Both the position numbers and the translations under genes were made by a program. Shown piece after piece: positions 17,271 through 25,924 of a stretch of DNA of 64,000 bases. Each line of letters starts with the position of its first letter. Position 1 is the stretch's first letter. The DNA is from Candidatus Uhrbacteria bacterium (GTDB lineage: Bacteria > Patescibacteriota > Patescibacteriia > UBA9934 > GWF2-40-263), in the NCBI GenBank assembly GCA_023246355.1, contig JAHFIQ010000001.1:286247-350246 (forward strand). Direction: 5' to 3'. A model generated the notes under the pieces. The model saw only the letters and a program-made list of their open reading frames with translations. It did no database searches and was not told where the DNA came from.

Positions 17271-18407
17271 TTATTGTTTAATTGGCATAATGACATACCG
17301 ATACACGTCTGTGGCGTCTTTGGGGGTGAGAAGACACGGGTTTCCCCCATCAATCATCTCAAAAACCACCTGATCTGCGTTCATGGCTTGAAGACCATCC
17401 AAGAGATATCGATAGTTTACGGTGACGGCATTTCGCTGTCCAGCAACTTCAGCTGAGCAGTTGGTTGTATTATCACCCCGGGTCGCATCTGTAGCGCTCA
17501 CACAGAGTTGATTTTCACTTGGATCAAACAGAAGTGTTACATCATTGAGACCTGAGCGCGAGAACAGACTGGCGGTTTTTACGGCCTTCACAAAATCTTC
17601 CCGATCCAAAACAGTATGAGTTTGGAACTGAGAAGGCACAATGGCTTTGTAATCAGGATACGATTCATCAATGGTACGAGAAATGAGTTCGACCGGGCCG
17701 TAGACAAAAACCAGTTGCGAATGAGAGAGATGCATGGTCAGACTTGATGGGAGCTCTACGTCATCTTTGAAGATAGAAAGGATTCGATTCACCTCTTGCA
17801 AGGTCTTTGACGGAACGACGATGGTGAATGGTTCAGCAACCTTGGAGATAAGCGGGATTGTTTTCTCCGCAAGTCGATAGGAATCTGTTGCCGCCAGAGT
17901 GAGACGCCCTTCTGTCTCGTTGGTGAAAAAGGAAAAAGCGACCCCTGTGAGCTCTGGGCGAGATTCGTTGGTTGCCACGGCAAAAAGGACTTCTGAAAGG
18001 CTTCGCTTGAAATCCTCCACAGGAATTTGGAATGTCTGTTCTCCCTCGACACGGGGAACCAGAGGGAATTCTGAGGCACCAAGCCCATGAATTTTCGTTT
18101 TATGCGTTCCGCATTCCACACGAACTTGCCCATCCTGTACGTCGATACGAATTGTTTCGTTTGGAAGTAACGAAACATAGTCGAAAAATAATTTTGATGG
18201 AATCGTATACTCCCCTGCCTCTTCTACTTTTCCACGAACCGTACAATTAACAGCCATCTCAAGATTCGTTGAGGTAAACCGAATGGTTCCTCCCTCTGCC
18301 TTTACTAAGACATTTTGGAGAATAGGGAGGTTTACATTCTTGGTCATCAGATGACTTGTAAGAGCAAGTCCTTGATGGAGGTTATCTCGTGTACAGGAGA
18401 GCTTCAT
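17271..18407 (-). CDS. dnaN: DNA polymerase III beta clamp
   Basis: LPILQNVL, SRPELTGV, ATDSYRLAE, YPDY, YVIMPI. Confidence 0.97.
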   Translation of the reverse strand: MKLSCTRDNLHQGLALTSHLMTKNVNLPILQNVLVKAEGGTIRFTSTNLEMAVNCTVRGKVEEAGEYTIPSKLFFDYVSLLPNETIRIDVQDGQVRVECGTHKTKIHGLGASEFPLVPRVEGEQTFQIPVEDFKRSLSEVLFAVATNESRPELTGVAFSFFTNETEGRLTLAATDSYRLAEKTIPLISKVAEPFTIVVPSKTLQEVNRILSIFKDDVELPSSLTMHLSHSQLVFVYGPVELISRTIDESYPDYKAIVPSQFQTHTVLDREDFVKAVKTASLFSRSGLNDVTLLFDPSENQLCVSATDATRGDNTTNCSAEVAGQRNAVTVNYRYLLDGLQAMNADQVVFEMIDGGNPCLLTPKDATDVYRYVIMPIKQ

Positions 18408-18423
18408 AATTAGAAATGGGATT

Positions 18424-18650
18424 TAAGAAGAAGAAAATCAGAAGTGATAGTAAGGGCTGTGCATGGCGGGGATAAGTTAAATTTCGTTTTTGTTTCTGCC
18501 TTGATTCTTACGATCGTTTTGTGGATGGATGAGAGGATGAACCAAGGAGAGGACAGGGGAAGAATTTTTAAAGAAGGTTCCATCAAGTTTCATCCACATG
18601 TTTTTGCAGACGGTTATGAACTCGTCATCCACCCGTTTACAAGCTGTGGA
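18424..18650. other. oriC: DnaA boxes plus DnaA-trio unwinding region between dnaA and dnaN
   Basis: Minus strand TTATCCCCG-CCATGCACA-GCCC-TTACTATCACTTCTGATTTTCTTCTTCTTA toward dnaN; further degenerate boxes such as TCATCCACA near 18590. Confidence 0.8.
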
Positions 18651-20048
18651 TTAGAGCGCGTATAACTTCTGCTTAATCAGTTCCAAATCATGTTGAAGCT
18701 TTTCATCTTCGAGCAAACAGCCACTAATTTTATCGTAGGCATGCATGGCCGTGGTGTGGTCGCGACCACCCAACTCTGACCCAATGGATGGATAACTCGA
18801 CTTCATTTCCTCCCGCATGAGGTACATGACAATCTGGCGTGGGAATGCCAGACGCTTTTGGCGGCTTTTTCCAAGGAGATCATCAAGGTGGACATCAAAG
18901 TAAAGGGCAACCGTATGGATGAGCTGTTTTGGGGTAACGCTTTTGCGACTAGAGATGGGTTGGAAACTGGTGAGGATGGGTTTGACGGTTTCAATGGAAG
19001 GCTTGGCGTTCTTAAACTGATGAAAGGCGATGATTTTGTTGAGCGCACCCTCAAGCTCTCGGACATTTGTCTGTACGACCGTTGCGACATGATGGAGGAT
19101 TTCACGCTCAAGCTGGTAGGCTTTTTCTCGGCACTTGGTTTCCAAAATCGCCACGCGTGTTTCAAAGTCAGGGGAACCAACATCTGCCAACATGCCGCAT
19201 TCAAATCGAGAAATAAGGCGGTCTTCCAGACCTGAAATGGCTTTTGGCGGTCGGTCAGAGGAAAGGACGATCTGTCGATTGTTCTGGTGGAGTTGATTGA
19301 ACGTGTGGAAAAATTCTTCCTGGGTTTCTTCTTTTCCACCTAGAAATTGAATGTCGTCGATTAACAGAACGTCCACGGTGCGGTAACGATTTTTGAATTC
19401 GACCATCCGGTTTGAGCGTAGGGCGCCAATAAAATCGTTTGTAAAGCGCTCGCTGGTCACGTAAAGGATTTTGAGCTGTGGGTTCTTGCGCAAGAGCTCG
19501 TTTCCAATCGCTTGAAGCAGGTGGGTTTTGCCCAGTCCTACCCCACCGTAAATGTAGAGCGGGTTGTAGACGCCGCCCGGTTGGTTTGAGACGGCTTGAG
19601 AAGCAGCGTGAGCGAGTTCATTTTGTTTTCCAACAATGAATGTTTCGAAACAATACTTCCCGTTTAATGAAAATTCACCGGTACGCACTTCTTGTTGCGG
19701 TTGCGGTTGGTGAGCGGGTTGAAAGTGGGTGTGCATTTCAGGGGTTGGTGCGCGAGTGATCTCTTTTTCAAAAAGAGGGATGTCACGAGGGGTTGTTGGT
19801 CTGTTTTCGACACGGTAACTAAGCTGTTTGATCACTCCGTTGCTGTGTTCCTGCAAGGATCGCATAATTTCACGGGCGTATTTTTTTTCAAGCCAGGCTT
19901 TGGTGAACATGTTTGGGACACCAATGATAACCGCATGTGAATCGACTTCTGAAATAAAAGTGCTTTTAAACCAAGTAGTAAAGTTTGCTTTACTTAAGCC
20001 CAATTCGAGCTCACCTAGCACAGCTTGCCAAAGGTCATTGGTGTTCAT
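18651..20048 (-). CDS. dnaA: Chromosomal replication initiator DnaA
   Basis: YNPLYIYGGVGLGKTHLL, LLIDDIQF, NVRELEGAL, GGRDHTT. Confidence 0.99.
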   Translation of the reverse strand: MNTNDLWQAVLGELELGLSKANFTTWFKSTFISEVDSHAVIIGVPNMFTKAWLEKKYAREIMRSLQEHSNGVIKQLSYRVENRPTTPRDIPLFEKEITRAPTPEMHTHFQPAHQPQPQQEVRTGEFSLNGKYCFETFIVGKQNELAHAASQAVSNQPGGVYNPLYIYGGVGLGKTHLLQAIGNELLRKNPQLKILYVTSERFTNDFIGALRSNRMVEFKNRYRTVDVLLIDDIQFLGGKEETQEEFFHTFNQLHQNNRQIVLSSDRPPKAISGLEDRLISRFECGMLADVGSPDFETRVAILETKCREKAYQLEREILHHVATVVQTNVRELEGALNKIIAFHQFKNAKPSIETVKPILTSFQPISSRKSVTPKQLIHTVALYFDVHLDDLLGKSRQKRLAFPRQIVMYLMREEMKSSYPSIGSELGGRDHTTAMHAYDKISGCLLEDEKLQHDLELIKQKLYAL

Positions 20049-20103
20049 AGATCAAAAGAGTGGTTCCTCCTAAAAGTTACGCTGCGCCTCAGTGTAGAAC
20101 AGT

Positions 20104-20162
20104 TGTGTATAAGTGAGCAAGCGGCTAAAAACTGTGCATAGCAGTTGATGGATTGTGGATAC
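20104..20162. promoter_or_regulatory. DnaA-box cluster between dnaA and rpmH
   Basis: TGTGTATAA (20104), TGTGCATAG (20133), TGTGGATAC (20154). Confidence 0.75.
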
Positions 20163-20204
20163 TATGTTAGTATCTCAGTACTCACATTTGACTTTAATTT
20201 TGGT

Positions 20205-20354
20205 ATGCCAAAGCGAACGTATCAACCCAAAAAACGTCAGCGATCAAAAGTCCATGGCTTTCGGGCTCGCATGAAGAGTTCCACTGGACGAGATGTTCTC
20301 AAGCGACGTCGTGCTCGAGGACGCAAACGACTGACCGTCAAAACAAGCAAGTAG
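20205..20354 (+). CDS. rpmH: 50S ribosomal protein L34
   Basis: [23 protein letters not shown]. Confidence 0.97.
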   Translation: MPKRTYQPKKRQRSKVHGFRARMKSSTGRDVLKRRRARGRKRLTVKTSK

Positions 20355-20363
20355 ACAAAGGCT

Positions 20364-20702
20364 ATGCTCCCAGAGCTCCACAGACTACGACACGAAAAAG
20401 ATATGAAAACGCTCTTTGCCCGTGGCAGGAGCGTTTTTGGGTCGCTGGTTGGTATGAAAATGTGTCCAAATGGTCTTCCTGTCTCACGATTTGCCGTGGT
20501 CGTTGGTGTGAAAACAGCCAAAAGCGCTGTTGATCGTAATCGGATCAAACGCCGTGTCCGCTCGATTGTTCAGACACATATTTCACGGGTGAAAGGCGGT
20601 TTTGATGTCTGTCTTTTGCCAAGAAAAGAGGCTTTAACAGCCAAACATAAAGACGTAGAAGCCTCTCTCATGGCTAGTTTCAAGAAAGGCAAGCTTTTAT
20701 GA
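20364..20702 (+). CDS. rnpA: Ribonuclease P protein component
   Basis: KSAVDRNRIKRR motif; follows rpmH. Confidence 0.95.
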   Translation: MLPELHRLRHEKDMKTLFARGRSVFGSLVGMKMCPNGLPVSRFAVVVGVKTAKSAVDRNRIKRRVRSIVQTHISRVKGGFDVCLLPRKEALTAKHKDVEASLMASFKKGKLL

Positions 20703-20950
20703 AATGGGTTTTGATGGGAATTATTCGTGGGTATCAAATGACCCTCTCTCCTGACCATGGGCTCATTAAACCCTTATTTCCTGAAGGTTTTTGCCGTTTT
20801 TATCCAAGTTGTTCGGAGTACGGGCATGATTCGATCGGCCGTTTCGGAGCTGGAAAAGGCCTGGTTCTCACGTTTTTGCGTATTTTGAGGTGCAATCCGT
20901 TCTCCTTGGGTGGTACAGACCCGGTTCCTACCAAAAAACACCAGGTTTAG
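20699..20950 (+). CDS. yidD: Membrane protein insertion efficiency factor
   Basis: CRFYPSCSEY, RILRCNPF..GG.DPVP. Confidence 0.95.
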   Translation: MKWVLMGIIRGYQMTLSPDHGLIKPLFPEGFCRFYPSCSEYGHDSIGRFGAGKGLVLTFLRILRCNPFSLGGTDPVPTKKHQV

Positions 20951-21183
20951 TTGGTGTTTTTTACTATTTTTATCTGTTTGATCTTGGTTGTAAGACCTCT
21001 CACGACCTTGATCTGACTTTTCGCGATTTTTAGCTCCTGTGCAAGCAGTTCAATCACAGCTTTGTTCGCCTTTCCTTGTTCAGGGGCAGCTGTTACAGAG
21101 ATTTTTAGTGTATCCTCGTCGATCCATTCAACGGTATTTTTTCTAGCATGGGGTTTGACGTGGATTGTGAGGAACATACGCAT
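20947..21183 (-). CDS. DUF167 (YggU-like) protein
   Basis: VKPHA, VTAAPEQGKANKAVIELLA, G.T.K.K. Confidence 0.9.
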   Translation of the reverse strand: MRMFLTIHVKPHARKNTVEWIDEDTLKISVTAAPEQGKANKAVIELLAQELKIAKSQIKVVRGLTTKIKQIKIVKNTN

Positions 21184-22473
21184 TTACTTTATCATGATTC
21201 CTCGCAGCAGCTCGATGACCTTGCGGTTTTTAAGGATCTGCTCCATGTAATCACGGTATTCAGGTGAGTAGACGCGTTCTTTTGTTTGCTTGTCTTCATG
21301 TTCTCCCGCGATCCGGTCGAGTTCTTCATCCAGTTCGCTGTCTTTGACCTCGATGTTTTCTTGTTTGGCGACCCCGCGGATGGCAATAGCCACCTTGATC
21401 CGCATCAGGGCTTGCGGAGTGAAATCAAGTTTTAATTCCGCAAGCGTCTTTTTCAAGTTCTTCACGTAGGTATCGAATTCGAGTCCTTGGGACTCAACCG
21501 AATGCTTGAGCTCGCCGATCATTTTATTGATTTCTTCATTTAAGAGTAGATCTGGAATTTCATCAAATTGAGATTTGTTTGCAAGAAGCTCAAGCATCTC
21601 TTTTTCTTCTTTGACGCGGGCCTCCTGTTGTTTTTCTGTGAGCAAATTCTTTTGAATCGCGGATTTCATCTCCTCAAACGTTTTCATGCCAAGTGACTGA
21701 GCAAATGTATCGTCCATGTTTGGAGGTTCAAGGCGGTACAACTCTTTTACGACCACATCAAATTCAACATCTTTTCCAGCCAAAAATTTTTGCGGATGCT
21801 CCGTTGGAAAAGGCAGGGTAAATGTTTTTTCCTCACCTTCTTTAAGTCCAATGAGTTCTTTTTTAAAGCCCGGGATGTAGTAATCTTCGGCTAAGTACAC
21901 CCCATGATTGGGTGACTGCCCACCTTCCACAGGAACGCCATCGCGCTTCATGTTCATGGAAATGACAACCTTGTCTTTGTCCCCTGCGACGTCTGTTTGG
22001 GGCGCACGGACTTCCTTGGTCTGCATGCGAGTCAGATCACGGATGGCAAGTTCAATTTCTTTTTCCGTGACTTCGGTTGTTTTTGCCGTGACAGAGAGTT
22101 TGTGAAAATCAGCGAGTGATTTAACCTCTGGCATGCGGGTGACAATCGCCGTGAAGACAATGTCATTTCCTGGTGCGAGCTTTTCTACGTCAATTTTTGG
22201 AGAACCAACCGTATCGAGATTTTGCGAGAGGATCGCGGCAACGTAAGACTTGCGCACCAGAGGCTCCAAGGCCTCTTCGAGGATTTTCATTTCCCCGACG
22301 CGCGCTTTCACAATTTCATACCCGGCATGACCAGGACGGAATCCGGCTATTTGCGTTTGTGTGGAAATGCGTTTGGCCGCTTCCTCAAGATACGGCCAGG
22401 CTTCTTCCTGAGTGATGGTGAACGTCAGTTTGATTTGGTTTTTTTCAAGCGACTCGGTTTTGATGTCAGGCAT
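21184..22473 (-). CDS. tig: Trigger factor
   Basis: IAGFRPGHA ribosome-binding motif, FKBP-like YIPGF...LIG domain. Confidence 0.95.
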   Translation of the reverse strand: MPDIKTESLEKNQIKLTFTITQEEAWPYLEEAAKRISTQTQIAGFRPGHAGYEIVKARVGEMKILEEALEPLVRKSYVAAILSQNLDTVGSPKIDVEKLAPGNDIVFTAIVTRMPEVKSLADFHKLSVTAKTTEVTEKEIELAIRDLTRMQTKEVRAPQTDVAGDKDKVVISMNMKRDGVPVEGGQSPNHGVYLAEDYYIPGFKKELIGLKEGEEKTFTLPFPTEHPQKFLAGKDVEFDVVVKELYRLEPPNMDDTFAQSLGMKTFEEMKSAIQKNLLTEKQQEARVKEEKEMLELLANKSQFDEIPDLLLNEEINKMIGELKHSVESQGLEFDTYVKNLKKTLAELKLDFTPQALMRIKVAIAIRGVAKQENIEVKDSELDEELDRIAGEHEDKQTKERVYSPEYRDYMEQILKNRKVIELLRGIMIK

Positions 22474-22597
22474 AGGACAAGGTTTTAGGTTGTAGGGAGT
22501 AGGTTGTAGGTGAAAGCTTAAGAAAATCGTCAGGAGCTTAACGATTCAGATGAAAATTGTCAAAGGAAAATCCGAGCGAGTGGCTCGGATGCGTTGG

Positions 22598-23071
22598 CTA
22601 GTGGGCTTGGGCGTTCACGTGAGCTTCGCCGACTTCTCTTGCAATGTGGGCAGCGTAGGAAGCGACTTGTTGGCGCGAGGCGCCGAAGTGCTGCTGCAAG
22701 GCCGTAGAGATTTCATGCCAGTGAGGAGTCTTGGCAAGCCGGGGGTACCACTCATGGATGAACGCACGGCCTACCGTTTGGAAGGCGGTTCTGTCCATGG
22801 CGCTCACCTGAGCCTTGAGCTCGTTGAGCTGCGCTCTCTTGATCGAACGGCCTACCGGAAGCGGCACGACGCCTTTTCTGCGACGCGGTTTCGTTGTCAC
22901 CGCGTCTGCGGGCTCCGTGGTCGGCGCAGGGGATGCTTCAGCAGTTGACTGTGCGAGTTCGGAGATGATGGCTGTTTGCTCCGTTTCCAGAGCTTGAAGT
23001 CGAGCGATGAGACACACACGCTCTTGTCCGATGTTTTTCAGACGATCGAGCTGATCCTTTCGCGTAGGCAT
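22598..23071 (-). CDS. Hypothetical protein: coiled coil, basic linker, helical C-domain (possible DNA binder)
   Basis: N-terminal heptad helix, KPRRRKG linker, HTH-like EISTALQQHFGASRQQVAS; GGAG SD. Confidence 0.55.
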   Translation of the reverse strand: MPTRKDQLDRLKNIGQERVCLIARLQALETEQTAIISELAQSTAEASPAPTTEPADAVTTKPRRRKGVVPLPVGRSIKRAQLNELKAQVSAMDRTAFQTVGRAFIHEWYPRLAKTPHWHEISTALQQHFGASRQQVASYAAHIAREVGEAHVNAQAH

Positions 23072-23088
23072 GGGGACTCCGTGAGTTC

Positions 23089-24123
23089 CTACCTTGGGAG
23101 GTAAGTTGAGACTCTGCCAGAGGGAGAGACAAATGTCAATGGACTGCGGCTGTAGAGCTGCCAGAGTTGTTCGGCGACCACGGTGATGGCGATAGGAGAA
23201 CTCAGTCTTCCCAAGGTGAGAATCCAGGTGGACATCCGATTGTTGCCGCCTGAGCGATAGAGCACTCGTTCAATCGTGAGCGGAAACAGTGGCGTCCGAC
23301 ATTCACTCAACAAGGGTCTGAGATGCGGTTCGTCAAAAAAACGGAACGATCTTTCTTTCGCAAGTGACTGGATGCGTGAAGCGGTCTGGTACATGTCTCC
23401 CAATATTTTTGAGAGATCACCATGGACAGCGACATCGAGTGCGCCGCTTCCCTCTGTCGGACTCGTGAAGAGGGTGAGGCCGATCAGCACCCGCCACAGG
23501 ATTCCGAAATCTCGACAGAACTGTGCGTGAGGAAGGACTTCTTCATGGGAGTTGCCGCGAAGGTAGGGACGCAGCTGATCGAACAGCCCATCAAGGCTTG
23601 TTCGCACACGTCCTTCCAAGATGGAATCAAAGGCGTTTGCAAACACGACTCCTGATTCGATGGATTCGGGATCCATTCCGGCAAAGGTGGTCATGCACAG
23701 GAGTCCTCCTCTGCTTCCCGGGAAGACACGGAAGAGTCGGATGATCTCGTCCGCGCAGGTATTCACCTGACCCTCGAAGTCAGCATTCGCGATCGAAAGT
23801 CTTGGTCCATCTGCGTGCGCGTGGTGATCGATCCACTGTGCCAGGGTTCCGTGGAAGATATGTCTGTCGCCAGACATTTTTTCGATGATCTTTTGGTGGC
23901 GTTCCACTGGATGAGTGATGACGCGGCGTTCAAGATAACGCGGACCTTCCAGATCCTGGACGCCTGGAAAGTAGACAACGTGTAGCGGTTCGCGATGTCT
24001 GCCTATGAGCATTCGGTCGATCGCGGCAAAATACCACGACCGAACCCAGTTCTTGGCTGGATTGTCGTAGTCTTGCACGAATCCTCCGATCCCAGTTGGG
24101 ACAGAGGATTTCATCAGAATCAT
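23089..24123 (-). CDS. Hypothetical protein, class I SAM-methyltransferase-like fold
   Basis: LHVVYFPG..DLE (motif I-like), HPVER (motif II-like), LSIANADFEG (motif IV-like), GGLLCMT. Confidence 0.45.
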   Translation of the reverse strand: MILMKSSVPTGIGGFVQDYDNPAKNWVRSWYFAAIDRMLIGRHREPLHVVYFPGVQDLEGPRYLERRVITHPVERHQKIIEKMSGDRHIFHGTLAQWIDHHAHADGPRLSIANADFEGQVNTCADEIIRLFRVFPGSRGGLLCMTTFAGMDPESIESGVVFANAFDSILEGRVRTSLDGLFDQLRPYLRGNSHEEVLPHAQFCRDFGILWRVLIGLTLFTSPTEGSGALDVAVHGDLSKILGDMYQTASRIQSLAKERSFRFFDEPHLRPLLSECRTPLFPLTIERVLYRSGGNNRMSTWILTLGRLSSPIAITVVAEQLWQLYSRSPLTFVSPSGRVSTYLPR

Positions 24124-24223
24124 GATAGAAAGTCAATTGTCTGTGCTTGACAGAGATGGTATGTTGCCCTAGGGTAGTCGGTCTTGCACGCGGTCGTGTA
24201 AGAACAACTTCAGGGAGGTTTCC

Positions 24224-25834
24224 ATGGGCAGTCGCAACCGTCGATTGTTGGACAGGCTCGGAAGGCAGGACGCATCGTTCAAGCTGGGAGATGCGCTCCC
24301 GAAAGCTGTGAAGGAGCAACTCGGCGTTGATCCAAAGGCACCAACAGGAAAGGTAACGCCCCCATCTTTGACGGTAGGGCATGCCGCTCGAGTCCTTTCG
24401 ATCATCGAACAGGGCGATCCGCGCATGTTGGCAGCTCACTTGCTTTCAGGCGACGTTGCTGTACACGACATTCCACCTCGACTCATGCAAGCCGTGCTTG
24501 GCTGCGTGAGGCGGCATCACAAGGCTGTCACCGATCGCGACGACGAAACGATTCGGCAGCAGCGCGAAGCCCTGGAAGCACTCAACAGAGCAGCACGTGA
24601 ACGCGACGAGTCTCGTGCTTCGACTGAGTCTGACGTTGCTCGTCAGCGCCGTACAGCGCAGGAGATGGGACGTCAAGTGGGCGATCTTCATCGCGATCTC
24701 GAGCAAGCACGTCTGAAGATTGGAGAGTTGGAGCAATCGTTGCGCACATCGCAATCCGAAGCCTCTGATCTCAGAGCAGACCTCGCAGCTGCAAAAGAAG
24801 AACAGCTCGGCGACACCGAGGGCGCGATTTTCCGCCGCTTTCTGGATCTCGTGAATGTGCAGGTGGCACAGTGGCTCACGGATCGAGAAGGGCTCTTTCG
24901 AAAAGCGGAGTCTCTGTGCTCACGTTTGGAAGAGAGGGCTGGTCAGGCCGACGATCTGCTGTTGGAAGTGAAAGCGTGTGTGGAGGATGCCGAGGCCGCA
25001 CAGGTGGAGAGAGTCTTTGAGGGAGATGAGAGAGATTGGATCGCCTTCATCGACAAGGTTGAGCAGATGCGAAGGTTCCTGAGTGAACACTCCGCGATCA
25101 TCCAGGAAGTTCAGCGTCTGAGTCAGCAACGATCTGAATGTACTGATGCCTACGAAGGGCTCGATCGCAAAGGCAAGGAACTTACATTCCAGATTCACTC
25201 CGTGGTCGAGGCCTTTTCCTTGATCGGCGTGGACATCTTCGCTCGCGCAGGGTTGAATCCAGATCTGCTTGATTCCCTGGGAGCATCCGATCGGGTGGTG
25301 AAGCTCATGATGCAGGCGATCCCTGCTCAAGAGTTGTCAGAGGATTGGACACAGCGTATAGAAGCGCTCCAATCGCACATCTTGGTGGCCAAGCCAAAGA
25401 GGGCAGGCAAGAAAGAGCCTGCGCCCGAGCCCGCCCAAGTTCAGTTCTTTCCAGGCAGGATCTTCATGGTCGAGCCTGAACGCGAAGTGGAGAGGCTCGT
25501 GGGGATTCTTCTTCACGAGTTGCATGCGGCTGGATTTACCAACGCGTTGTTTCCAGGTGAGATCGCCTTGCTTCTCATGCGCTCAGGTCTCACAAACCTT
25601 GCGCGTGAGCCAATGACTAGTGAGGTGACGGTGGCTTGCCAAGCGCTCATTGGTCGGGGGCTCATCAGTCGTCATCCACGTTTTATGGAGGACGTCCAGA
25701 TCACAGGAAAGGCATTTGCTGCGCGTGATGTCTTCACGGCTCAGTACGCTCGAGTCGAGTTGGCTCAAGTGGGAGGTCGGCATGGAGAGAAACTGTGCGA
25801 GAAGTTGAGGAGGGTCATCCCAACCAAGGCGTAA
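24224..25834 (+). CDS. Hypothetical long coiled-coil protein with C-terminal winged-helix-like segment
   Basis: GGAGG SD; long heptad region; C-terminal PGEIALLL...EVTVACQALIGRGLI. Confidence 0.65.
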   Translation: MGSRNRRLLDRLGRQDASFKLGDALPKAVKEQLGVDPKAPTGKVTPPSLTVGHAARVLSIIEQGDPRMLAAHLLSGDVAVHDIPPRLMQAVLGCVRRHHKAVTDRDDETIRQQREALEALNRAARERDESRASTESDVARQRRTAQEMGRQVGDLHRDLEQARLKIGELEQSLRTSQSEASDLRADLAAAKEEQLGDTEGAIFRRFLDLVNVQVAQWLTDREGLFRKAESLCSRLEERAGQADDLLLEVKACVEDAEAAQVERVFEGDERDWIAFIDKVEQMRRFLSEHSAIIQEVQRLSQQRSECTDAYEGLDRKGKELTFQIHSVVEAFSLIGVDIFARAGLNPDLLDSLGASDRVVKLMMQAIPAQELSEDWTQRIEALQSHILVAKPKRAGKKEPAPEPAQVQFFPGRIFMVEPEREVERLVGILLHELHAAGFTNALFPGEIALLLMRSGLTNLAREPMTSEVTVACQALIGRGLISRHPRFMEDVQITGKAFAARDVFTAQYARVELAQVGGRHGEKLCEKLRRVIPTKA

Positions 25835-25924
25835 TACGAGTGGAAGGGTCACGCACACCCTTCCTTTTATTTTTGTGTCAAAAAGAAAAGTCGTCGAGTT
25901 TTCGTCGACGACCGTGCGTTGTTT

